A DNA stretch of 64,000 nucleotides from Octopus vulgaris (GCA_951406725.2 OX597827.1:62992001-63056000); one strand, 5' to 3'; shown: positions 1-15,256, counted from the stretch's first letter. Made by a program: numbers and translations. The notes: generated from the letters alone by a model not told the origin.

Positions 1-125
1 CAAGGCATTTGTCGGCCCGGGGCTATAGCAGAAGACACTTGCCCAAGATGCCACGCAGTGGGACTGAACCCGGAACCATGTGGTTGGTTAGCAAGCTACT
101 TACCACACAGCCACTCCTGCGCCTA
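1..125 (-). mobile_element. SINE family A, tRNA-like 5' head (cut by window edge)
   Basis: Reverse complement of AGGAGTGGCTGTGTGGTAAGTAGCTTGC...GGTTCCGGGTTCAGTCCCACTGCGTGGCA, as in the copies at 2659, 16751, 22226, 24792 and 48208. Confidence 0.9.
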
Positions 126-264
126 GGATAAATCCCAGAGGAATTTCAAGATTACTCATACCGTATTTAAACATTTTGTGCAAAGAAGATTTTATTTGAA
201 GATTTTTGGCAAATTTTACCATGAATATTAGAAGTTACTCTACTATCATTCTTGAATCTTATAT

Positions 265-479
265 TATTTTCTACTCAAGGCATAAGGCGCGAAATGTTTG
301 GGGAGGGGGGCAGTCGATTAAATCGACCCCAGTACGTAACTGATACTTAATTTATCGACCCCGAAAGGATGAACGGCAAAATCGATCTTCGGCGGAACTT
401 GAACTCAGAACGTAAAGATAGATGAAATACTGCTAAGCATTTCGCCCAGTGTGCTAACGTTTCTGCCAGCTCACCGCCT
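265..479 (-). mobile_element. SINE family B (tRNA head plus Meta-domain-like core)
   Basis: Core CATCCTTTCGGGGTCGATAAATTAAGTA; imperfect ~22 bp TSD TAT(C/T)ATTCTTGAAT(C/T)TTATATTA at 244-266 and 480-502. Confidence 0.85.
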
Positions 480-537
480 TATTATTCTTGAATTTTATAT
501 TAGAATATCATTCCTCGAGTTTTTATATTTACAAATA

Positions 538-865
538 GTGAAGGCGCATGGCTTAGTGGTTAGGGCATTCGGCTGACGATTGTAAGGTCGTGAGTTCGAT
601 TCCCGGCGATGCGTTGTGTCCTTGAGCAAGACACTTTATTTCACGTTGCTCCAGTCCACTCAGCTGGCAAAAATGAGTTGTACCTGTATTTCAAGGGGCC
701 GGCCTTGTCACACTCTGTGTCACGCTGAATCTCCCTGAGAACTACGTTATGGGTACACGTGTCTGTGGAGTGCTCAGCCACTTATACGATAATTTCACGA
801 GCAGGCTGTTCCGTTGATCGTATCAACCGGAACCCTCGTCGTCGTAACCGACGGAGTGCTTCCAT
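538..865 (+). mobile_element. SINE family C (tRNA head, GTGTCCTTGAGCAAGACAC core, tail Z)
   Basis: A box TGGCTTAGTGG, B box GAGTTCGATTCC; TSD ATATTT(A/G)CAAATA at 525-537 and 873-885. Confidence 0.85.
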
Positions 866-1153
866 TATTACCATATTTGCAAATATAGACTTGTTCAAAA
901 TTTGCATCGAAGAAAAGAGCAGTAATTAGTGTCAACTTTGCACGAAGCAAGGGAATAACGACACGTAGTTGAATGTTACATTACCGATCCAAGGATTAAA
1001 GTGTTTCAAATCAGATTTTAGTCGGAAATATATATTCAACACCGGAGGATTAAACATCAAAGAAAATAATATCTCCAAGGATCAGCGTCTTATTAATACT
1101 TAATGAAGAATTGTTGGCGAAATAGCTTCATACCTAAGTATCTTACGCTTATA

Positions 1154-1720
1154 CTAGTACTATGACCCGACATTGCCGGGTCTGGTGCTAGTCAAGTACA
1201 TTCGGTCTTTCATGAAAATCCTGCTCTCTTGTCATTCACTTGGTCTAACTCGCTAATTATTCCCTACATTTCTCAAATCAGAAAAGCACGCACGTTTGAA
1301 AGCCAAAACGCATGATAACGCGTCTTCACAAAACACAAAAATGCGCTGAGCCATAAAGACTGTCTGTAAATGCACACGAGCATTCAACTGCCAAGGTTAA
1401 AATTATCTCCGTCCAATCAGAAAACAGGTGGCAGTCTATTGTCGTATCTAGCTGTACGCACGCACCGCGTGCAAATTTGTATGTTTTAGCGATTTTGAAT
1501 GGATATGCCCATAACTTATGGGCATAAGGGATCGCTGTATCGATTTTTGAAATGGCTTTCTGGGGTGACTGGGGAAATGAAAAGATCTTCACCACCACCC
1601 TCAGACATTTTTGAAAGCCCATAGAAAATGCGAGCCTTTTACGTGAAGGACTGTGGATTTGTATAAAGGACACACAGACACACAGATACACAGACATTTT
1701 GCCGTTTATAGATATAGAGA
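1154..1720 (-). mobile_element. Non-autonomous Helitron
   Basis: On the minus strand: 5' A|TCTCTATATCTATAAACGG followed by (CTGT)-type microrepeats; 3' hairpin GACCCGGCAATGTCGGGTC a few bases before terminal CTAG|T; inserted between A and T without TSD. Confidence 0.75.
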
Positions 1721-1761
1721 TATATAAACTTTTTACTGTTATACATATATTTGTCCTGTAT

Positions 1762-1802
<41 letters not shown>

Positions 1803-2149
1803 ATTGCTTACTTACCACATCGCCTACTTTGCTTACTTACCACATCACCACCGCTTGATAGACGGTCTTGCTTTGTTTACGTCCCCTTAACTTAGCGGTG
1901 TATACAACGAGAACAAAGAGAACAAGTAGCATCTTGAACATAAAACATGAGTACTGGGGTCGACTTTTTCAACTAAACCTTTTCAAGGCATTGCTCCACA
2001 ATGGCCACAGTCCAATGACTGAAGGAAGTAAGAGAAAGCTTTGTGTATTTCAAGAGACAGGTCATAGTTTGTTTGTCAATCTGGCAGTAGGAAGAATCGT
2101 ATCGAAAGACAGAATTTCTCTGGAAGAATATATTGGTGACATGTGGAAA

Positions 2150-2445
2150 CTGGCATTCCGACGGTTACGAGGATTCCAGTTGATCCGATCAACGAACAGC
2201 CTGTTCGTGAAGTTAATGTGCAAGTGGTTGAGTACTCCACAGATACGTGTACCCTTAGCGTAATTCTCAACGAAGTTCAGCGTGACAAAGATTGTGACAA
2301 GGTTGGCAGTTTAAAATACAGCTGAGTGGACTGAAGCAACGTGAAATAAATTGTCTTGCTCAAGGACACAACGCGTCGCCGGGAATTGAACTCGCGACCT
2401 TATTGTGTGCCGAATATACTGGCCAAATAGCCATGCGCATTCATG
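2150..2445 (-). mobile_element. SINE family C, diverged copy
   Basis: Reverse-complement match to 538-865 along head, core and tail. Confidence 0.8.
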
Positions 2446-2623
2446 TGGAAGATGTTCCAAAAAGTTGCTAGATAAGTAATTGATAATTGAGTAGCCCTTA
2501 TCCGAAATTTGTTTATATTAATATGCTAGAGATATTTTCAAATATTCTATAAGCATTCAGACAAATTCGAAACAATATATATGGCCGCAGTCAAATGACT
2601 GAAACAAGTAAAAGAGTAAAAGA

Positions 2624-2658
<35 letters not shown>

Positions 2659-2659
<1 letters not shown>

Positions 2660-3069
2660 TCTTTACTCTTTACTCTTTTACTTGTTTCAGTCATTTGACT
2701 GCGGCCATGCTGGAGCACCGCCTTTAGTCGAGCAAATCGACCCCGGGACTTATTCTTTGTAAGCCCAGTACTTATTTTATCGGTCTCTTTTGCCGAACCG
2801 CTAAGTGACGGGGACGTAAACACACCAGCAGCTGGTTGTCAAGCAATGCTAGGGGGACAAACACAGACACACAAACACACACACATATATATAAATACAT
2901 ATATACGACAGGCTTCTTTCAGTTTCCGTCTACCAAATCCACTCTCAAGGCATTGGTCGGCCCGGGGCTATAGAAGAAGACATTTGCCCAAGATGCCACG
3001 CAGTGGGATTGAACCCGGAACCACGTGGTTGGTTAGCCAGCTACTTACCACACAGCCACTCCTGCGCCT
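2659..3069 (-). mobile_element. SINE family A, full length with internal (TA)/(CA) tract
   Basis: Head, CTTGGGCAAGTGTCTTC-type core, internal microsatellite, 3' module and (AAAGAGTA)n tail. Confidence 0.9.
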
Positions 3070-3350
3070 ATATATATATATATATATATAAACAATAATA
3101 AATCTCTGAGCGAGGTATAAACAGTAGCTGCACGACTGCGTAAAGTATATTGCAACTTAAATGTGGCTAACCCTTAAGGGTGGATGGTAGTGTAGCTTGT
3201 AGCCTTAGGAAGAAACCTCCTCCAGCTGGCTATTTACAAACTTTCTGTGCCCTATCGGCATTTGCAAAGAGAAGCCATCCATCCAATCTTCCCATCTCCA
3301 ACCTGTATGATACACATGGACTCGAGTTTCTGAGTATTGACCTGTCATCA

Positions 3351-3396
<46 letters not shown>

Positions 3397-3403
<7 letters not shown>

Positions 3404-3690
3404 ATCACGTGACCGACCAGACCATCAGATGTTGTTACACATCGCTGGTCACAATGCGTTCGCATTGTTTTAGCCCACGAAGGACACCACCCCGCTGGCT
3501 AAGCGAGCAGGCCAACTGAAGAAAGAGTGAGAGAAAGAGTGGTGAAGGAGTACAGCAGGGATCACCATCCCCTGCCGGAGCTTCGTGGAGCTTTTTAGGT
3601 GTTTTCGCTCAATAAACACACAACGCCCGGTCTGGGAATCGAAACCGCGATCCTACGACCGCAAGTCCGCTGCCCTAACCACTAGGCCAT
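3397..3690 (-). mobile_element. SINE family D (tail Y)
   Basis: Head GGCCTAGTGGTTAGGGCAGCGGAC...GGTTTCGATTCCCAGACCGGGCG shared with 34200, 38378 and 42018. Confidence 0.85.
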
Positions 3691-4171
3691 ATATATATAT
3701 ATGTATGTATTTTACGATAGATTTATTACGTTTAATGTAAGGTACAAAAGCAAAGCAATGTGCATAATGACAAGTATCCTCCATTTGCGGCATGTCATAT
3801 TCGGTTTCAAAACAATACCGGATAAAAGATTTTAATTCTATATGTCCCAACTTGTATCTACCACCGCCCTATTTTGTCTGGAAGTGATTATCTCCCTTAC
3901 AATAAATTTTTCCCTAGTGTATACATCATGTAGTAGTATTCAGATTTTAAAATATAACAATACATATAAAATACATGTCAATGTAAGAATATATGTCTTA
4001 AATTACGATTATTGCCCTACAAGTATACTATTCGTTTCGGTTTGAATAACATAACCCGAGATGAAATTATATAGATTCAAATACAACATATAAAGATTTC
4101 CCAGAGTAGCAATCAACAGATACAAACTTACATACTTACAAACAAACGCACGCACGCACGCACAATATATA

Positions 4172-4228
<57 letters not shown>

Positions 4229-4262
4229 ACATACATACACACACATATGTATGTGTACATAT

Positions 4263-4358
<96 letters not shown>

Positions 4359-4617
4359 TATACACATACATGCACACATAAATACATTCTTATATACTTA
4401 CATACATATATGTGTGTGCGTGTTTGTGTATATACGTGTGTATGGGTGTGTGTACGTAAGGATACGTGTATGTATATATATATATATATATATATATACA
4501 TACATACATATATATATGTATACATACATATATAGACACACACACATATATATGTATGTGTGTGTATGCATATATATATATATATATATATATGTATACA
4601 TATGTACCTATATATAC

Positions 4618-4656
<39 letters not shown>

Positions 4657-5082
4657 CGCACGTATACACAGACCCACGCACATACCCATATACAGACACG
4701 TGTGTGTGTGTGTGTGTGTGTGTGTTTAAAGAGAGGGAGTGATAGTGAGAGAAATGATACAAGTGCTTGAATGAAAAATGTTAACTATCAACGGAATAAC
4801 AATTGGTCTGTTGGGATAAGAATATAGAAAACAATGGCGATGATAGTCGCGCCATCTGAGTGATATATGGTGGAAAATTGTAAAATAATATATCGGGTGA
4901 TAGAAACAAAAAAATGAAAATAAGAGACCAGAGCATAGATAATAAAAAGGAAAATGAAAACAACGCAAAAATGTAATACAATCGGTAGTCGCCTACACAA
5001 AAATCACTCATAGAGCAACTTATAATTATGCACACATATATACATATACAGACACAGATGCACTCACACACAGACGAAGTCA

Positions 5083-5132
<50 letters not shown>

Positions 5133-5535
5133 AATAGACATTCAGGTACAGAAATACGAACATACACACACACAAATTTGAGGAGGCGTACAAAGGTCAT
5201 GCGTACTGTCCCTTCCTCCGTATTCGGTAATTAAACCACACACACACACACAAACGTACACACACAAACGTACACACACACACACGCGCGCACACACATT
5301 TTATGTAGTTTTTAATTGTGTCACTCGTTGTACTACGGCCATGCTGGAGTAGAGCCTTCGTCGGTTTAGTCGACACCGGTGCATATTTTCTATATTAATT
5401 CTCATTCTATCAGTCTTTATTCTCGAAACCGCTAAGCTTAGGGAACGTAAACAAACCAACACTGGTTGTGAAGCAGTCGGAGAACACACAAACACACGCG
5501 CACACACACGCATATACACACACATATACACATGC

Positions 5536-5925
5536 ATAGTGTGTGATGAATAAAGTGTCGTCTAAATTACACAAAAATGAAAATAACACTGACATCTCAT
5601 GTTAACCAATATTACATATATTTACCAAAGTTACATAAAAATATCTTGAAGTACTAAAGAAGAAATATAGGCAATAAAATCGCTTTTGGTTTCAACCACG
5701 GCCTCCACACGACTTCGGAATCTTCTGTAACTCTTCTGGACGGTCTCCTTGGTAAATTTCGTCAATGCTACAATAATTCTTGCCTTCAGTTAATCTTTGG
5801 TACTACAAGGAGTTTTATTTGCCTCTCACTCAACTGCGCCCACCATACAATAACCAAGTAGTGCTGCAATCTGGGGAGTTAAGTGGCCAAATCTTAGCGG
5901 TGATGTGATCGCAGAAATTGTTTAA
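5536..5925 (-). pseudogene. maT/DD37D transposon 3' fragment
   Basis: Homologous to 55536-55920; minus strand encodes a WPLNSPDC motif. Confidence 0.75.
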
Positions 5926-6372
5926 CACGTAGGACAGACACAGAAGGACCTTACTTTTTCATCAGTTATCGACTAATTCTCAGTTTCATACCTTTAACGG
6001 TAAGACTGAAAACTTCGTATATCGGCGGCACCCTTAAGATTTGTGGAGAATTAGGGCTCGAGCATACATGATGATACAGCGTGGCCGTACGAAAGTAAAC
6101 AAATGTAATTTGAAACGATTGGCGAAGACAGAATAAGTACACCATTTCGGCCAAACATGAGGTTGATGGGCAACGCCTAGAAGAAATCCTCAATGGATAT
6201 GAAAGAAGAGATATAGCAAGAGAAGAGATAAATGTTGACCGGCAAGCTAAGCGTCCGGTAGCGAAAAGGCAGAGAGATGACAAAATTAGTCACGGGTCAC
6301 GTGTGGGTAGTAATATATACATATGGTGAGATTCAACACGGGTTCACTCACAAGGCATTAGACGGTCCGGGG

Positions 6373-6456
<84 letters not shown>

Positions 6457-6475
6457 CTTAGTAATTTCTTTTAGG

Positions 6476-6680
6476 AAAGGCAGTGAGCTGGTGTAGAATC
6501 GCTAGCACATAGAGTAAAACGCCTCGCGGCATTTCATTCGCTTTCACGTTCTGAGTTCAAATTTCACCGAAATCCACTGTCGCATTCATCGTTTCGGGGT
6601 TGATAAAATAAGTAGTAGATAGACACTGGGGTCGATGTAATCGAGAACCCTAAAACTGCTGGTCTTGTGCCAAAATTTTA
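6476..6680 (+). mobile_element. SINE family B, diverged
   Basis: GGCAGTGAGCTGG...GTTCTGAGTTCAAATT...TTTCGGGGTTGATAAAATAAGTA. Confidence 0.75.
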
Positions 6681-6900
6681 AATCAGTAGTTCTCTTAGGC
6701 ACAGTAATATTAATAACCTGTTATCAGAACTCAATATACTGCGGATTGAGTTTATATATATATATATACATATATGCATATATATATGTATGTATATACC
6801 TATGTATATATGTATATACATATATATATCTAACTACACACGTGTGTATACGGAGGTAAATACATACATGCATACATACGTATATTTTCTTGTGTGTATG

Positions 6901-6941
<41 letters not shown>

Positions 6942-7212
6942 TAAAGTGTGCACCGATCAACGCCTTGTTTACCCTCCGTCCTCTTTCCCTTTCTTTCTTT
7001 CTTCTTCTCTTTCTTCCTGTCTCCCCACTCTCTTTCTCCAACGGTCATATTCGTGACCGTGGTGTATGTCAAGTGTGGAGGGCCAAGAATGTGTCCACAC
7101 TTTCTCAAGACTACGCAGGTTTCTAAAACCGTTGTTGAATACACTGTATCAAATGCCACAACATACATTCTTTAAAGCGCTCGCACACACACATACACAC
7201 ACACACACACGC

Positions 7213-7302
<90 letters not shown>

Positions 7303-8039
7303 GTGTGTATGTATACATGCAGATATATATGTGCATGTATGTTTATATGCATAGTTTAAACAAACAAAAACTAACTTAAAAACCTAGAGAAATAACTCAC
7401 AATGGCCAATGTCATATGTATGAAGATCACAAACAAACGCAAATATAACAAATACCATAAAATATAAATTTTAATTTTATTTAAATTATTTTAATTACCA
7501 AATGAGTCATAATTACCAAATGTCAATGAACTCCCGTTCCATATGAGAAAGGGAGATAACCGCAAGAATCAAGATTTCCTCCATAGCTGGCATGTCATTT
7601 AGGAAAAGAACTGGCTTATTGTTGGCAAATATGAATGCATGTATGTATATATGCATGCATGTATATATATATTTGTGTATGCGTGCATGTGTGTGCTAAC
7701 AAGGAGGAAAGAAGAGTACTTCCTAGAAAATATATAATTATATGTAAAGCAGGATTCTTCGTTGATCGTTGCATAGAATTCCATTTTTTCCATTTATGGT
7801 CGATTGCTCGTTACTCTCCAAAGGGATTTATAATTTTACACACATGCATACACACACGCATGCGAACACAAGCACATACACACATACACGTTCACATACA
7901 CGTACAACATACACATGGCTACATACCCGTGTATATATATGATTTTTGTTGTTGTATATGTACATATATATGTATATAATTATATCTTGCATGTATGTGT
8001 GTGCTTGTATACATATATGTATATATATATGTATATGTG

Positions 8040-8107
<68 letters not shown>

Positions 8108-8150
8108 CACTTCGGTATTTATGCAATTATATATATACACATATATATTT

Positions 8151-8220
<70 letters not shown>

Positions 8221-9174
8221 GAGTATATATACACATACACACACAGACACATATTCTCTCTCCCTCTCTTTCTTTCTCTCTCACCCACAGACACACACGC
8301 GCGCACATTCACACCCACACCCGCACTTATATACATACATATATATATATATATACACCTACACGCACATATCCATAAGACCACACATTCTAAATCACAT
8401 ATTCATGTACCGATGCAGAAAAATCACGACCATAAACCTATACGCATTTTCCATTCACTTCGCAGAACTTTTGAACATTAGGCACCCTGTCTCCACTGTC
8501 AGGTGAAAGAAACTTAGGCAGGTGTAAAGTCTAGCCCATTGATTATTATAATACAAAAAAAATGCTTTATTGGAAGTCAATTCATGTTATGTTTTATGCG
8601 TTAATTTTTCTATATTTCTATTCATGCCTGACGTTCGGTTCTCTTTGTAATATATTATAACTCCAGTGTTCTTATGAATTTGGCGTCATTATTATTACGT
8701 TTGGGAGTCAATTCTCCTTGTTCAAGCGAAAATATGATGAAAAGAGGTGCAACCTATGACTATTTAGGGCCTCAATTTTAGGCCTTGTGCGTATCAGTCA
8801 CTGCATTATCGTATTTGTGTTTTTATGCAATTTAGAAAAAAAGGTTCGGCTTGCTTTATGCAAATCAATTGCTGTCTGTTATGGAACTTGTGGCCGCGGC
8901 CTTTATTCTGCTGTTGCTATAAGAGTGCAGTTCTGTCTTTGAATATGTATGTGTCTCAGTTATGCTTTTTCTTCTTTTTCTTTTATTTTAACTCCCTATT
9001 CTAACTATTGCCCCTTGGACAGCGTATTCCCGCCACCTTCATATCTACTTTCATCTCATATTGATATTGTCATATACATTATATGTCTACACACACACAC
9101 ACACACACACATGCACACAAACAAACACATATACGCACACGCACACACATATACATACACACACACACACACAT

Positions 9175-9230
<56 letters not shown>

Positions 9231-10666
9231 GAATATAAAAATGGAACAAAAACGCAATAGAGGGCATCAAAACGTTCGGACAGATAGACGATACAAAGGC
9301 AGCCAAAGAAACTACAATTAGAAGGACAGGCAAATAAAGGCGGATAATTCTTTGCTTTCTTTCATCAGTCAAGTTCCAGAAATCACGACCATTTCGGACA
9401 GTTACACTTGAGATGGTTCGATCTGGTTGTCCCCATAACCTAAGAGCATTAGACCACTGTGTGCATGTATATTACATACACATGCTCACACACATATACA
9501 TACACACATATCTATCACTTCATTATACATCCTGATCACAATGCGCTTTGTCGTTGTGGGTAACTAAACATTGCAAAGACCAGCATCCTATAGTAAGCAA
9601 AGTTAACTGTCAATCTGCACCAACAACCAGAACTCTCTTTTGGCTCATTTGAAACTATTCACCGTTAGTATTCTTCCTTAATTTTACCCCTAATATGCGA
9701 GCACCTCACGGCTTTCCTTAAGCGTGTAAAATGGATTATGATATTAATTATAAATCTGTGCCCGTTAAATCTTTTCTGTAAGCATACACTGATTCTTCTA
9801 AGAAAAACACTTCATTTAACGAGAATCCGATATCGCTAAGCACAGTAAAACTTCAGTAAAAGCACTGCTCCTAGTGATTTTACTGACGTTGCCTTCGAAC
9901 AAATAGTAATAATAATCACTGATTCTACCACCCATCAGTATCAGTCTCACTTAATAACACTCAACGGTTCGTAGCAGTCATCAGGAAACGCCAAGAAGAG
10001 GTTCAAACACGGTATATGGATCAAACCAATGAAAACGAGATTCAGATCGCCATTATCAGCTAATGACAACAAATGTAACATAGAAGCTCTGAAAGTCTTG
10101 TCAATCAGAACCAACTATGAAAAGAGTCAAGAGTCCTCATCTTAAAAAATGTTGAAGGATGATACCTTTAGAATATGTGAACCACGAGCAAATTATACAG
10201 ACCAGATAAACTTTATTGTTGATATATGCGCTCCAGCGTAGTTTGTAGGCCAAAGATACATTTAGGTCGCTGACGATCATGCCCTTTGACACTATCAAGA
10301 GCTCGCACGAGGGAAGAGACTACTGTTGTTTAAGTATATTTTGAAGTATATTTGTCACCTAAATGTGGCAAATATACTTCGCGATGTCGTGCTGCTACTG
10401 TTTACATCTCGCTCAGAGATTTATTATGGCTGAAGTATAATCTCTTTCCCAAATTGGTTGATCTCGCTGTTTCTCTCGTTGAACAGCACGTCTTTTCCTA
10501 CTTTTTATTTTTCGGGCATCAAATCACAGTTATGGATCAGATTGAAGTCTTGCTGGATCATATGACATTCTGAAGCTTAAAGTCACTGGCAAAGATTTTT
10601 TTTATTATACTACGTTTAATGATAATTCCAATATCATTTACCCAAATAAAAGAAGTGAGCCCACAA

Positions 10667-10897
10667 GGCGGCGAGCTGGCAGAAACGTTAGCACGCCGGG
10701 CGAAATGCTTCGCGGTATTTCGTCTGTCTTTATGTTCTGAGTTCAAATTCCGCCGAGGTCGACTTTGCCTTTCATCCTTTCGGGGTCGATTAAATAAGTA
10801 CCAGTTACGCTCTGGGGTCGATATTATCGACTCAATCCGTTTGTCTGTCCTTGTTTGTCCTCTCCGTGTTTAGCTCCTTGTGGGTAGTAAAAAAATA
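10667..10897 (+). mobile_element. SINE family B, full length
   Basis: Near-identical to the copies at 12109, 33181 and 62214. Confidence 0.9.
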
Positions 10898-10939
10898 GGT
10901 ATTACCATGGGGAATATCACCAATGAAATTTGCAGGGTT

Positions 10940-11340
10940 TGAGTAAATTCCATTGATCACATGTTGCCTTGTGTTTGTCAGAAAACATTTAATCCACTTC
11001 AGTAATTTAACAGATTCCAGTGATGGGTAATTCCTTCAGCAGAGTTTTGTGGTCAAGTTTTGCTAAGTCAAAAAAAGTAACTTCAGTGTTGTAACCCTCT
11101 CCTAGAGTATTAAACACATCATCAAATTTACTGTGAAACTGTCTTTAGGTGTCTGTACGTCCACTGAAACCAGGTTGATCGGTATTAAGGTGTTGATTTT
11201 TCTACAGAAAGGCAATTAATTTCGATTTCACCATCCTCTCCAATAATTTAATTGAGTTCAGGCGATAATTCATTGAAAGCAGCTTATTTCCCCTTTTTAA
11301 AAAAACTGGGGTGAAAGACTGGAAGAGAAAATGTTCATGA
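10940..11340 (-). pseudogene. CR1/L2-type LINE reverse transcriptase remnant
   Basis: Minus-strand reading gives KLLERMVKSKL, DQPGF, FDDVFNTLGEGYNTEVTFFDLAKLDHKTLLKEL and LLKWIK, i.e. a decayed xxYLDFxKAFDxVxH region. Confidence 0.65.
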
Positions 11341-11760
11341 ATAAAATCTGAGCCCTGAAAATCCCTCCAGAGATTAGTAAAGGGATATGCAAGTTTTTCT
11401 TAACTTGACATTCAATTTTAATGATCTGAAAATAAACAAAATATTAACTAAAATTAACTAGTAAAAAAAAAAAAGATTCCAAGATGATTTAAAAATAGAA
11501 TTCTCGAAAAAAAATAGATTCCAAAATTTAAAAACGCATTAAATTCCAAAATTTAGAAAAAACTGTGGGAACTTAGTTGCCAACCCAATAATTAATTGGC
11601 GCAAGAATTTCAGCCAGGCAGGTTCACAGAAACAGACAAGCAGACAGACACACAGACAAATAGAGGAGTAAACAGACCGACAGACAGTCAGCGATAGAGA
11701 GAGAGAGATAGAAAACTAGGTTATAATGACTGAAATATCTTCAAACGAATGACAGCATTA

Positions 11761-12022
11761 AGCAAATAAATAAATGCGCCCTTTTAAAGCCTAGCCAAGC
11801 TCATGGGCCTGGTTTCCTGGTTACTATGGCGTATGTATTCCCCACCTGGATGGGACGCTAGTCCATTGCAGCGTTACTCATTTTTGCCAGCTGCGTGGAC
11901 TGGAGCAACGTGAAATGAAATGTTTTGCTCAAGAACACAACGCGTCGCTCGGTCCAAGAATCGAAACCACAATCTTACGATCATGATGCTGACACCCTAA
12001 CCACTAAGCCACTCGCCTCCAC
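11761..12022 (-). mobile_element. SINE family C head with V-domain-like tail X
   Basis: 12 bp TSD ATGACAGCATTA at 11749-11760 and 12023-12034; GCAATGGACTAGCGTCCCATCCAGG module. Confidence 0.85.
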
Positions 12023-12108
12023 ATGACAGCATTAGCCTGGGGGGTTAAATAACAACAATGAGGAGAATTTTTACACACTATTTTGCTTAGCTATGACGAT
12101 CAAACTAT

Positions 12109-12335
12109 CGGCGAGCTGGCTGAAACGTTAGCACGCCGGACGAAATGCATAGCCGTATTTCGTCTGCCGTTACGTTCTGGGTTCAAATTCCGCCGAGGTC
12201 GACAGCCTTTCATCCTTTCGGGGTCGATAAATTAAGTACCAGTTACGCACTGGGGTTGATGTAATCGACTTAATCCGTTTGTCTGTCCTTGTTTGTCCCC
12301 TCTGTGTTTCGCCCCTTGTGGGTAGTAAAGAAATA
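12109..12335 (+). mobile_element. SINE family B
   Basis: Perfect 17 bp TSD TATGACGATCAAACTAT at 12092-12108 and 12336-12352. Confidence 0.9.
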
Positions 12336-12859
12336 TATGACGATCAAACTATGACCAGTGGTTCAGTATGATGAAATGGGGCTTCAACATGGTCGCTCAA
12401 CCTGCTCGATATAGCAACGAAATTCCCTCAAACCACAATCTAACTTCTAAAATATAAAAAAAAAGTAATGAGGTTAAGGGCATATTGGAAAAAGGTTGTT
12501 CGGGGTTAATATGTCCTAAAGCAAAAACATTAGATTGTCATGGCAAGCATGCATCTAATCACAGTTCTAATCGATGAGGGTCAACTTCAGACTGTTATAA
12601 CAGTAAAAATATCATTCTGAATCGTGATAGTTCGCGATCACGTAACAACGGCGTCGTGCGAGCTAAACGTTAGTTACTAAAGATGGTTTTTCTAGAGTTT
12701 AGAATACGGAGTCCTTGCAGTTTCTCATTATTTCTCTCTCTCTCCCACTCTCTCTCTCACTCTCTCTCTCTCTCTCTCTCTCTTACTTACACACACCCTG
12801 TCGTATATAACTGTGGTGAAAGATCTGGCTATTATTACATTCAATCAATAATTCTCCGC

Positions 12860-13464
<605 letters not shown>

Positions 13465-14134
13465 TTTTTCTTTGCTTTATGGCTGTCTCTGTACTTCACT
13501 CTGATTCTAAGACTCCCTCTATCTATTTGCCTCCTCTCTGTCCAGCCCTCTTCTTCCTTCTTTCTCACTTTCACTCCCTCTCTCTCTCTCTCTCTCTGTC
13601 TTCCAGTTTCTCTTACCTCCTTCTTTGATTGTACCAAAGTCTTTTTTCTCTCTATCTCACACTACCTCTCTCTCTCGCTGTTTTTCTATCACTTTCTCTG
13701 TCTCTGATTATATTTTATACTCATGTCAGTCTTTTCCCCCTCCCCCTCTCTCTCTCTCTCAGCCTCTTTCCAAAATACCTGAGACTCATCTCCAGCTGCA
13801 CATCGTTAACCTTACTCTCTCCCCCCCACCCTTCCACACATTCGCCAGTTTCTCCGCTCAAGTCACGTTCTCATTGAAACCGAAAAGATGAATAACTAAA
13901 ACCATAATGACTATTATTATATGGCTTCGGCATTTTCTTGTAAATTATATATAAGGTACCAAAATGTCTGGAGACAGCTAGATATATGGATGCACACACA
14001 CGCACACACACGCATACACATGCCCATACACAAAACACCACATAGCTACACATATATGTATATATTATATATAGTATATATATACTATATATAATATATA
14101 CATATATGTATTCATATACATATGAATACATATA

Positions 14135-14179
<45 letters not shown>

Positions 14180-14255
14180 AAATAGATAGATAGATATAGA
14201 TATAGATATATACGTATATGTATGATTTTATATATACATACATACCTACAACTCC

Positions 14256-14300
<45 letters not shown>

Positions 14301-14389
14301 CTTATATATATAAGTTATACATATATATATAAGTTATACTTATATATATATATGTGTGTGTGTGTGTATATATATATTGATAGATAGAC

Positions 14390-14439
<50 letters not shown>

Positions 14440-14676
14440 GTATACGTATATGTATGATTTTATATATACATACATACATACACCTCCCTATATATATATA
14501 TACATACAAATACATATATGTATAAATAAACATGAGAGTGCACGTATGTGCGTATATGTGTATGTGTGTGTATGTGTTTGTGTGCATGCATGTGTGTTTG
14601 TGTGTGGGGGGGGTGAAAAGAGACGGGAAAGAAATTGTAGAGCACCTACAATCAGCATGAGAAACTCGAGTCTTAC

Positions 14677-14736
14677 TTGATATATCGGAATAACTTGGTG
14701 TCCTCCACACTCCAGGATGTCTTAGATTGTTCCATG
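14677..14736 (-). CDS. Candidate 60 nt host exon (unverified)
   Basis: Acceptor ACATTTTTGCCAG, donor CAA|GTAAGA; open as (A)WNNLRHPGVWRTPSYSDIS or MEQSKTSWSVEDTKLFRYI; no recognised homology. Confidence 0.2.
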
Positions 14737-15204
14737 CTGGCAAAAATGTGCAGGTAGGAATTTTGCATTATTGCGGCTTGTTACGTATGTCGTTTGATCT
14801 GACCATATGTGGAGTTGTGGAATTTCAGAAACATTAGAATTTCAGACTGAATGTCAAAATACGCGAGGAACTAAAAATATGGATATTCAAATAAAAACGG
14901 ATTTGCTCCGGACATTGATGTAGTTGTTTCCATGGTTACCTTAACATCATCATCAGAGGAAAGGGAGTGAATGTGAATATCAATCTTTTATTCTTTTACT
15001 CGTTTCAGTCATCTGACTGCGGCCATGCTGAAGCACCACCTTAAAGGGTTTTCGTCGAAGAAATTGACCCTGGGATTCTTCTTTGTAAGTCTAATACTTA
15101 TTCTGTCGGAATCTTTTACTGAACCGCTAAATTACATGGACATAAACTTACCTATCAGTTGTCAAGCGATGGTGGAGAAGTCACAGATACAAAGACGCAC
15201 ATAC

Positions 15205-15254
<50 letters not shown>

Positions 15255-15256
<2 letters not shown>

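Noticed and set aside
538-612. tRNA gene-like sequences
   Set aside because: A and B boxes continue into SINE bodies with TSDs; they are SINE heads, not tRNA genes
2846-3091. Recurrent ORF ASFSFRLPNPLTRLWSARGYSRRHLPK (also near 16678, 22416, 33348, 48057)
   Set aside because: Antisense reading of SINE family A, not a protein family
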